Positions 11,156 to 21,000 of a stretch of 64,000 nucleotides of DNA are shown here, one piece after another (positions within the stretch are counted from its first letter, which is position 1; each line of letters begins with the position of its first letter). The stretch is from Macrostomum hystrix (Eukaryota; Animalia; Platyhelminthes): contig CATNEN010000011.1 in assembly GCA_950097015.1 (NCBI GenBank), positions 2,976,001-3,040,000 of the forward strand, given 5' to 3'. Both the position numbers and the translations under genes were made by a program. The notes beneath the pieces were generated by a model. It saw nothing but the letters and a program-made list of their open reading frames with translations. It was not told the DNA's origin and searched no databases.

Positions 11156-13511
11156 GTAAGCCTGCACTTTTATGGACGCATTACACAGACGGATCATTTT
11201 TCTCTACACCTTATATGGTGCCTCTTCCATCACACCTTTTACACAATGGGATCATCTTCATTCAAACCTGTTAGACAGTGGGATCATCTTCCTTCATACC
11301 TGTTAGACAGTGGGATCATCTTCCTTCATACCTGTTAGACAGTGGGATCATCTTTCTTCACACCTGTTAGACAGTGGCATCATCTTCCTTCACACCTGTT
11401 AGAGAGTGGGATCATCTTCCTTAACACCTGTTAGACAATGAAATCCTCTTCCTTCCTACCTGTTAGACAGTAAGAGCATCTTCCTTCCCACCTATTAGAC
11501 AGCGGGATTATCTTCCTTCATAAGTATTTAACAATCTGTCAAACAAATGGGACTGACGATAACTGGATCAGAACAGGTACTTATCATGTCATCCTCTCAC
11601 TCTCATCCTAGCGGTCCCAATCAATCGTCCGACCAGTCTTCTTCCGCTCGTCGGACCAGCTGGACAGTAGCGGCCGGTTCCTACAAATTCAACGAGAAAG
11701 AGCTCATTGGCGAGGGCACCCTGACAGCCGTGCACCGGGGCCGACTAGACGGCGAGGTCGTGGCCGTGAAGCGGCTAAAAATAAAGCTAGTAAGCGAGGA
11801 GGACCGGTCCTATCTAGCAGCTGAAGCTAATTTTCTATGTGGCTTGCGGCATTGTCGGCTTAGTAGAATGCTTGGCTATTGTCTGCGCGGTCGTTATCCC
11901 TTGCTTTTTTGCGAGCTGGCGCCGAAACGCAGCTTAGCCGATTATCTGCAGTCTGGCAGTGTCGTTGATCACGCCCTGTTCCACTGTCTGGGCCAAGACA
12001 TCGCAGAAGCTTTAGAATTCTTGCATTCTCAAAGGCCGCCACTGCTGCACATGCGATTGTGCAGCCGTAATGTACTACTGGATGCTAGACTGCGTGGCCA
12101 GGTGCGATTCTCTACGAGTTATTGAGTATTGTTGAATATTGATTCGCAATAAGCTGTTCCTGATGCTAAGCAATGTTTAATTCGTAGCGGAATCCCTCCA
12201 ATAATCCCTATTTGATATGTCCTATTTTCTACTTAATCCTAGAATACATAGATTATTTCTTAGAATCCTGCCATAGATTATTTCTTAGAATCCTACCATA
12301 GATTATTTCTTAGAATCCTGCCATAGATTATTTCTTAGAATCATGCAATTCATAATTTACTTAAATAATGCCCTAGATTATTTCCTAAAATCCTGTCCAG
12401 GATTATTTCTTAAAATCCTGCCCTATATTATTTCGTAGAGTCCTGCCATAGATTATTTCTTGTAATCTTTTTCTAGATTATTTCTTAGAATCCTGAACAA
12501 AGATTAGAATCTAGGAATTTCTAAGAATTATATTTCTTAGAATTGTGATTAATTTCTCCTAAAACCCTTCACTAGATTTTCTGTATAATCGCCCCTACAT
12601 TTTCTTCTACTAAAATCCTCTCCTAGATTTTCCCCTAGAATCCTAGATTTTGTCATAGAACCAGTCTTCGATTCCGTCTAGATTTATTTATTGTACTTTC
12701 TAAAAGACTTTTTAGAATCCCTATTTTAATATTCTTATTGTTTCTTACTGTAACCCCTCCTACAATTTCTCATAAAATCACTTTCAGATCCCTCTTAGAT
12801 TTACCTTTAAATGCCTCCCAAAATAGTTTCCCTACTAGCATGAGATTCGAACTCCCGACCCCCCAGGTGTCCGATCTCGGCCTGTCTAAGCTGCGCCATC
12901 AAACTGGCCAATTGGCGCGCGAAGCTGGCAACGCCAGCGCTGCCTGGGCCCACCTGGCCTGGATGGCCCCGGAGCTGCTGACGGCGGCGGAGTTCGGCCC
13001 CCCGGCTGACCTGTACAGCGCTGGCGTCATCCTCTGGGAGATGCTGACCGGCAAACAGCCCTACTCCGGCCAGTCAGCCTATTCGATTATCACGGCTAAG
13101 AAATCAGGTTTGTCATTGGACTGCCCGCCTGACTGTGCGGACAGCGTAGCCCAACTATTGACCAGCCTGTGGGGCCGTCCTGCTGGCCGACCTGACGCCA
13201 GCCAGCTACGAGTGACTCTCCGCGCCGGCTGTCTGCCCGGACCGCACTGGCCCGCCCTGGCTAGGCGAGCCGGCCTCACCGATTCCACTCTGCGCGATCC
13301 AACTGCTACTAGAAGATTTCTGGCTAGCGCTTGTCGGCGACCCTGTCTAGCTAATCATATTGGCGACGATGCCGGCGACGCTGTCGGCAGCTTCTGGCTG
13401 CTGACGGAGCCTCGCCTACCGGCTAGTCCGGCCGGCTGCGGCGAGGAAGATACGGAAATTCCGTCTGATCTAGTAGCCGCTGTGACCAGAGCTGCCGGAT
13501 GCCAAGACTGA
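8856..13511 (+). CDS. SAM-domain, Q-rich/coiled-coil protein with a C-terminal TKL-like kinase fold (probable pseudokinase), about 1144 aa; exons 8856-11155, 11612-12101, 12867-13511
   Basis: Donor TC|GTAAGC at 11156 joins acceptor CTAG|C at 11611 (phase 2, in frame). CAG|GTGCGA at 12102 joins CCCCAG|GTG at 12866 (phase 0). Summed CDS is 3435 nt. SAM domain: VRRWLASLNL..KYAAIFERHEIDMECLLLLN.EAQLRKLGV.AIGPLTKMLHSI (about 9950-10130). Kinase motifs: LIGEGT, VAVKRL, HMRLCSRNVLL, VSDLGLSK, WMAPE, DLYSAGVILWEMLTGKQPY. An acceptor TCTTCAG at 8827 implies an upstream exon. Confidence 0.85.
11270..11520. repeat. 32-bp minisatellite (ACCTGTTAGACAGTGGGATCATCTTCCTTCAT), intronic
   Basis: About 8 units. 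Confidence 0.85.
11612..12101 (+). CDS. SAM-kinase gene, coding exon 2 (kinase N-lobe to catalytic loop)
   Basis: YKFNEKELIGEGTLTAVHRGRLDGEVVAVKRL...LLHMRLCSRNVLLDARLRGQ. Confidence 0.88.
12240..12500. repeat. 25-bp minisatellite (TAGATTATTTCTTAGAATCCTGCCA), intronic
   Basis: Direct inspection. Confidence 0.85.
12867..13511 (+). CDS. SAM-kinase gene, coding exon 3 (kinase C-lobe and tail)
   Basis: VSDLGLSK...WMAPE...DLYSAGVILWEMLTGKQPY...CWGRPAGRPDA-type subdomain XI; TGA stop ends at 13511. Confidence 0.88.
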   Translation: MSDLGLSKLRHQTGQLAREAGNASAAWAHLAWMAPELLTAAEFGPPADLYSAGVILWEMLTGKQPYSGQSAYSIITAKKSGLSLDCPPDCADSVAQLLTSLWGRPAGRPDASQLRVTLRAGCLPGPHWPALARRAGLTDSTLRDPTATRRFLASACRRPCLANHIGDDAGDAVGSFWLLTEPRLPASPAGCGEEDTEIPSDLVAAVTRAAGCQD

Positions 13512-13729
13512 ACTAAGCTGTGCCGGCCAGTCACCGAACCTGTGAAACTTTTTTGGTTCTTACCGTTTTAACATTTTTTTCAATTTCGGATCTAGTGAAA
13601 TATTATTACCTTTCGGTTCATTATTTTCCTAAATTTTTCTTACCTGTCTTTTGTAATACAAGTCGACTAAATTCTTTGAGAGATAATCAATTTACCTTTT
13701 AGAATAGTTGCCTTAATTCTTTAGTGGTG

Positions 13730-15310
13730 CTTCGCCTAAATTCTTCAGGTGAGGGTCGCCTGAATTCTTCAGGTGAGGGTCGCCTGAATTCTTCAGGTGA
13801 GGGTCGCCTGAATTCATTAAGAATAAGTCGCCTAAATTCTTCAGGTGAGGGTCGCCTGAATTCTTCAGGTGAGGTTCGCCTAAATTCTTCAGGTGAGGTT
13901 CGCCTGAATTATTAAGAATAAGTCGCCTAAATTCTTCAGGTGAGGTTCGCCTAAATTCTTCAGGTGAGGGTCGCCTGAATTCTTCAGGTGAGGTTCGCCT
14001 GAATTCTTCAGGTGAGGTTCGCCTGAATTATTAAGAATAAGTCGCCTAAATTCTTCAGGTGAGGTTCGCCTAAATTCTTCAGGTGAGGTTCGCCTAAATT
14101 CTTCAGGTGAGATTCGCCTGAATTCTTCAGGTGAGGTTCGCCTAAATTCTTCAGGTGAGGGCCGCCTGAATTATTAAGAATAAGTCGCCTAAATTCTTCA
14201 GGTGAGGTTCGCCTAAATTCTTCAGGTGAGGGTCGCCTGAATTCTTCAGGTGAGGTTCGCCTGAATTCTTCAGGTGAGGTTCGCCTGAATTATTAAGAAT
14301 AAGTCGCCTAAATTCTTCAGGTGAGGTTCGCCTAAATTCTTCAGGTGAGGTTCGCCTAAATTCTTCAGGTGAGATTCGCCTGAATTCTTCAGGTGAGGTT
14401 CGCCTAAATTCTTCAGGTGAGGGCCGCCTGAATTATTAAGAATAAGTCGCCTGAATTCTTCAGGTGAGGGTCGCCTGAATTCTTCAGGTGAGGGTCGCCT
14501 AAATTCTTCAGGTGAGGTTCGCCTAAATTCTTCAGGTGAGGGTCGCCTGAATTCTTCAGGTGAGGGTCGCCTGAATTCTTCAGGTGAGGTTCGCCTAAAT
14601 TCTTCAGGGTTGGGTCGCCTAAATTCTTCAGGTGAGGTTCGCCTAAATTCTTCAGGTGAGGTTCGCCTAAATTCTTCAGGTGAGGGCCGCCTGAATTCTT
14701 CAGGTGAGGTTCGCCTAAATTCTTCAGGTGAGGGCCGCCTGAATTATTAAGAATAAGTCGCCTGAATTCTTCAGGTGAGGGTCGCCTGAATTCTTCAGGT
14801 GAGGGTCGCCTAAATTCTTCAGGTGAGGTTCGCCTAAATTCTTCAGGTGAGGGTCGCCTGAATTCTTCAGGTGAGGGTCGCCTGAATTCTTCAGGTGAGG
14901 GTCGCCTGAATTCTTCAGGTGAGGTTCGCCTAAATTCTTCAGGTGAGGGTCGCCTAAATTCTTCAGGTAAGGGTCGCCTAAATTCTTCAGGTGAGGGTCG
15001 CCTGAATTCTTCAGGTGAGGGTCGCCTAAATTCTTCAGGGGAGGTTCGCCTAAATTCTTCAGGTGAGGGTCGCCTGAATTCTTCAGGGGAGGTTCGCATA
15101 AATTCTTCAGGTGAGGGTCGCCTAAATTCTTCAGGGGAGGTTCGCCTAAATTCTTCAGGTGAGGGTCGCCTAAATTCTTCAGGGGAGGTTCGCCTAAATT
15201 CTTCAGGTGAGGTTCGCCTAAATTCTTCAGGTGAGGGCCGCCTGAATTCTTCAGGTGAGGTTCGCCTAAATTCTTCAGGTGAGGTTCGCCTGAATTCTTC
15301 AGGAATAAGT
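13730..15310. repeat. 24-bp minisatellite (CGCCT(A/G)AATTCTTCAGGTGAGG(G/T)T) with a 23-bp variant unit
   Basis: About 65 units; intergenic between the kinase gene and Drosha. Confidence 0.95.
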
Positions 15311-15820
15311 TGTCTAAATTCTTCAGGCATGGGACGTCTAAAGTCTTACCGAGCGTGTTTTCTTAGTTTCTTACAAATAAGTTTTTAAATAAGTAAACCA
15401 AAATCAGTTTTTCATCAAAAGTACGACTATAAGAACCTGCTAATTTTGTAATTTGCCTTTGCACATCAATCAAAGCTAGCCCAGTGTACAATTTGCTGTA
15501 AGTAAATCATTTTTTTTCTAGAATTGTTTTCAAACAAACCGTCCTCTAAAATAGCTGCTTGAATTTTTTTTAAATCTTAATTTTTTCCTCAAGCAATTAA
15601 TAACGCCAATATGTAGGTCACGCATGCACCACATTTAGTATAAACCTCTACAGGGTTACTGCAACAAAAATACTTTATTTAGTATTTTTACAAACTAGGC
15701 TTCTCATTATTATGAATATTATTATTGGCTGTTAAAAGTTGATCTTTACTGTCACTATTTTTCTCTAATTTATTGTCAAGCTAGCCAAATTTCATTGAAG
15801 TTTTTTGTTATTTTTTTCAG

Positions 15821-15916
15821 ACTAAAATTCGCTGAAGCTACTTAAAGTAAGAAGCTCGCGTTTTTACGTTACTTTTTGTGGAAATCATTCCTAAACTATA
15901 GTATCATTAGTAGCTG
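15821..15916 (+). other. Candidate non-coding 5' exon of Drosha
   Basis: Flanked by TTTTTTTCAG (ends 15820) and a consensus donor CTG|GTAAGT (15917). The next strong acceptor is the Drosha exon at 16990. Confidence 0.35.
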
Positions 15917-16487
15917 GTAAGTGTTTTTCTATTTACAAATTTGTAATTTCGCATTACTCCGTCCCTTCTATATAATTTCCAAATGTCATCAAATCATTCG
16001 CTTTTGTAAATGCTCATTAGAGATCAACATTTTACCTGGCTCACTTTTAATTTAGTTTTCTTTTGTTATCTCCATTTTTTGCTTTTATTTATTTTAGTGT
16101 ACATGCGAAATTCTAATTATTAAAAATTATGGGTCCAAAAAGTTTTTTTTTAATTTATTTATTTCATTGGTATTGCACAAGCCCGTAGGCAATGAATTGA
16201 AATAAGATATTAAATCATCTTTGTATTTGAAAACTGCTGTGCAGTCATCTGTCATGGTCGCATTATAGTTTATCATATATTTAATTTCTTATGTATAAGT
16301 AAATTATATTTATGCCAATTTAATGATTTGTCCGATTTTGTAGGGACCTGAAAAACTTTTCGCTGAATTCTAAATGCTTTGGTTTTATTTGGTTTTAAAC
16401 GCTAAGGACAAGAATCGGTCATTATTGGATAAGCTTGTGATGTAAAATTAGATAGTCAGAAACCAAGCCTGGAAAGCTAGATAGTTT

Positions 16488-16915
16488 CCCGCTAAAAAAT
16501 AGGGAGGAATAGGGAGGAACACTGCAGATTCCAGTTGGAATCTGCGGTGTTTCCAGAAAAAGAAACAGCCGAACGTTGGAAACATACCAATCGGATGATT
16601 CCATGCTTGGAATCTACCCAACTGGGCGTTTTCTCGGTGCTTCTTGGTGGCGAAATGGAATCACCCAAAGAATCCTCCAGTTCGGAAGATTCCATGCTCA
16701 GAAACCGCCGAGGAATCGTCCGTAAATAATTCTCTGGTTGTCCCATGGGCCACTGGTTCGGGTGATTCTTCGGCGGTTTCCGCACAATTTACGCTTACAT
16801 TGGCTGCTTCCTGGGTGGTTTCTTTAACTCTTGCGAGATAGGGAGGATTTTGGTAGATTCCACTCCTATTTTGCACAAAAAACCCGCCGAAGAAGCAGCC
16901 GAATTTTTTACAGGG
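16488..16915. mobile_element. Non-autonomous DNA transposon (MITE), CMC/EnSpm-like, copy 1
   Basis: Termini CCCGCTAAAAAAT...ATTTTTTACAGGG (imperfect 13-bp TIR), 2-bp TSD TT/TT, near-identical to 34328-34748. Confidence 0.8.
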
Positions 16916-16991
16916 TTAGATGAGATTCGAACTCCCGACCAACCTCTCAGTTAGCTTTTTTTACTCATGGAGAAACACTTCTCATTTCAGC

Positions 16992-17063
16992 ATGAACGGC
17001 ACAGGTTCGGGTGTGACAGATCCTTCTGCCGCTGCTTGGGCAGCCTGGGCCAATGCCCAGCAG

Positions 17064-17100
<37 letters not shown>

Positions 17101-18065
17101 CTGTTCAACAGCCGCTGCCTAGCCAATGTCCGCAGCAACAGCAGCAGCCGCAGCAGCAGCCAGTGAACATGATGTCTCTACCTTCAAGGATGTCGTCTAT
17201 GCTTCAAGAATTATCAGCAGCTTATTATTCATTGCAGAGTATGCAAAATCCTGTTCAACAATTGGCTCCTATTTGGATGCCCACGCAATCAACAACTGCG
17301 CCTCCGCCGCCGCCGCCTCCTCCGCCTCCGCCCCCACCGCCTCATCTTCTTGGCGGCGTGAACTTCTCGATGCCGCCGCCGCTTTTTGTACCGCCTCCGC
17401 AGCCGCCTCCTCCGCCTCTGCAAATGGAAGCTACTGTAAGTAGTGCAGGCCCTGTGCCGCTAATGTGTTTAAAGCCGCGCGCCAGTTTAAATTGGGACGC
17501 CACCCAATTTGAAGCCAAATACGGAGCAGTGCCACAATCGACTGGTGCCGCGGAAGCTTCGCCCCTGATGGAATCAATTCCATCGTCTTCTAGACGACCG
17601 TCAGCGTCAACGACTGGCAATCATCGCGGATCATCTAGTCGCGGTCGCGGCGGCGGAGGCGCAGGCGGGCAGTTTCGCAATCCGTTCCTTTCCGATCCAA
17701 ATGTCAAGAAAGAATTAGCCGAAGAACGCGAGCGCGCTAATCCGGAGCTGTCCGTGCCACAGCCGGAGACCAAAGTGATCTCGGGTCCAATAGAATCTCG
17801 CTACGCAATTATAGCAGACAATCTGATCACGGCCAAGCCGGCCCTAGTTGCTCTAGAGGATCAGTTCGTTGAAGACATTATGAAGCGTCGGGAGCGAGCA
17901 CTCGAAGGTCAGCCGCGTTGGAGGCCGCTGGTGCGCAATGCCGCTAGCGAGGAGGCCGCCGTGGCTGCTGCTGCTGCAACAGCTGATGCTCAAGATGAAG
18001 CGGAGTCTGAATCTTCGCTGTCCGAGGGGGAAATTGTCGAATCGGAAACTGTTAAACAGCATCAG
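16992..18065 (+). CDS. DROSHA: Drosha coding exon 1 (polyQ, Pro-rich)
   Basis: CATTTCAG|C-ATG; ends CAG|GTAATC. Confidence 0.85.
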
Positions 18066-21000
18066 GTAATCATCATGATATCTGACAGGTCCAGTCCGTG
18101 GACTGGGTAGTTCGCCTGATATCCACCTATAGTATCTCTTGTGCTGGTGAGTGACTCTCTTGTGCTGGTGAGTGACTCTCTTGTGCTGGTGAGTGACTCT
18201 CTTGTGCTGGTGAGTGACTCTCTTGTGCTGGTGAGTGACTCTCTTGTGCTGGTGAGTGACTCTCTTGTGCTGGTGAGTGACTCTCTTGTGCTGGTGAGTG
18301 ACTCTCTTGTGCTGGTGAGTGACTCTCTTGTGCTGGTGAGTGACTCTCTTGTGCTGGTGAGTGACTCTCTTGTGCTGGTGAGTGACTCTCTTGTGCTGGT
18401 GAGTGACTGGCAAAGCGGTCTAACGTGTTTTGAATCTTGCACCAAGGTCCCTTAGCTCGATTCCGCGGCGAAGCCACATTCATTTGTGCCGCAGCCGCGG
18501 AGAGAAGGCTTGGAGGCTTGTCGCGCAATTTACGCCCTTGTGAGCCAACCTCCAAGGCACAGGGAGAGTGTACACTGCCTGACGATGAGAAATTCAGGGC
18601 AGATGTACACACCTGTGTGAGTGTGTGCCTGCGTACAGTATCTGTTCGTGTGTGCTCAGGAGTCTGCGAAATTGGCAGAAATGAGATTCGAACTCCCGAC
18701 CTCCCTATCAGAAGCTGCAAGTTCTATTCTCAACGTAAATTAGACAACGGATCACAATCGCATTACTTTACTGTCAGTAGTATCGTTTGACTATGAGTGG
18801 CACTAATTGAAATTATTATTTAGGCGCGCGTTAAAATTGTCCGCCAGCGTCATCGGGCCAAGAAGCACTACGACGATCTCAAGGCGCGCGGCCGGGTTGA
18901 TCGTCTATCCGGTCTCAATGTCGACGGAATGTCGGAGGCGCAGCGACGCGAAATGGAAACGGCGGTGCGCAAGATCACTATTAGAACGCTTTGCCAGCAG
19001 CAGGAGGTTGAGCACAAGATGCGGCATCCGCAGAAACTCAATCCGCATCTGTGGTACAATGAGCCGGGCGAATTGAATGACGGACCAAGGTGCTACTGCA
19101 AGCCTGAGTATCAGGTGAGTTTATTTCGCTTTTAGTTAATACTAGTAAGCCTTATTATAGCGGTCATTGTCTGACAATTATCAGATTGACCGACATGGTA
19201 ATGCCTTGACTAATGACCAACCTAATGACTGGATTGATTACTGAACTAATAGCTAAACTAATGACTGAACTCATGGCTGACCTAATGGCTTAACTAATGG
19301 CTTAACTAATGGCTGAACTAATGACTGAACTAATGGCTGAACTAATGGCTGAACTAATGACTGAACTAATGGCTTAACTAATGGCTTAACTAATGGCTAA
19401 ACTGATGGCTAAACTAATGGCTGAACTAATGTCTGAACTAATGACAGAATTGGTTACTGGGTGAATGACTGGAGTGACGAGTTAACTAAGGACTCGATTT
19501 ATGACTGAAATTATGACTAACTGTTTGACTTCAGTGATAAAAGATATTGAAAGGGTGATTGACAGAAAATGACATTGTAGATAAGAGCTGGAGATAATTA
19601 CCAGCCTAATCATAAGTCGCGATGTGCCAGAATGCTTCGAAAACTACTTCTAATGTCTATAAAATACCCCTTAATTTTTTAGGTCGGTCCGTCACACTGC
19701 AAATACGAAGGCGAAGCTGGCATACCGAAATGCGACCCGGGCACTAACAACCCTGACAGGCTTCATCACTATCGCATCTGTGTACTGCCCAACACCAACT
19801 ATGCTGCCAAGCAGCCGTCAGTTATCATGTACAAAAATCTTGAATATCAATTCGACGGTTTCGGCATGCTGAGTCATTATCAATTAGACGATTTGCCGCC
19901 TTGCAAGTTTCATCGCTACAACATCTTCTACAAGGTCCACCTAATTAAGGAACCCGTGCCGCCTAACTTCACTGTCCGATCGCTTGACTTGTTGGCCGAT
20001 TTCATAATGTACGAATTATTGGAACTACTAGACGAGACTGCTTATCCTTCTGGTGCTGATCAGTCTACTTCTTGTCGCTGTTTTCACCTGTATCCAAGGT
20101 TCACGCGTCGAAGTCGGGACGGCACACTGGAGCTATTGCCAGCCTGGGCTATTATTGAGCACCTGTTAGATAACAGCGGTCTGCTGATTGAGCCGGATTG
20201 TTTGGACAGCGTATTGCGCATGTCCAAGAAAGAATGGCGCACTTTTATAGACCAGTGGCGCGGCCAGTTGGTCACTTATCCGGGCAAGAAGCCGTCGACT
20301 ATTCGCGTAGACCAGGTTGACCGCTGCTCAGCCGCTGCTTCCGAAGCCGACGATGGCAGCTGTGAGCAGGGTCAGGGTACTCGGCCTTTCTATCCTTACG
20401 TTGTTCACATTACTCAAGTGCCTTTGAAGTTCGGCTGGCAAGCTGAGAACACCTATCGGCGCACTTTGAAATCGTACTTTCGCGAACAGTACATGATTGT
20501 CTTCAATCCCAGGGTTGGTGTTGAGCAACGCGAAAAGTTGCAACACCTGCGCGAAAAGATGCGCATTGTTGAAGAGGCCCCGGATAAGCGTCGCGAAGTG
20601 ACCGTTGAAATGAGCGCCGAGGGATTTCGGCGCACCGGTTTGCGACCGGATGTGACGCAGTTTGCCCTGCTGCTGCCGCATTTCTTGTCATTCTGTCGCC
20701 TTCATCGCAGCATCAGCGCTCTAGAAAATCGCATTGGCTACGTGTTTAAAGATAAATCATTGTTCCACCAGGCCATGACGCATCCGTCATCGATTAGGTC
20801 CACTCTCGGTTTAAACTCCGACCACGTGCTTAACAGTATGCTCAACTGCGGTCCTAGACTGCTCGAGTATGGCGAGGTTAGAGAAATTCGTCAGGCAACT
20901 AGGAAGCACGGCCTAGCCTACACTGTCAATGTCATGTCAATGCTGCCAAGCATTCTCGAAAAGAAATCACCCATCTTTGGCAACGATCGCTTAGAATACC

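Noticed and set aside
13724-15330. ORFs of 63 aa and 305 aa (PEEFRR repeats)
   Set aside because: Translations of the 24-bp minisatellite; the frame is open only because the period is a multiple of three.
16492-16876. Conserved small ORFs shared with 34282-34906
   Set aside because: Conservation reflects recent MITE duplication; there are no transposase motifs.
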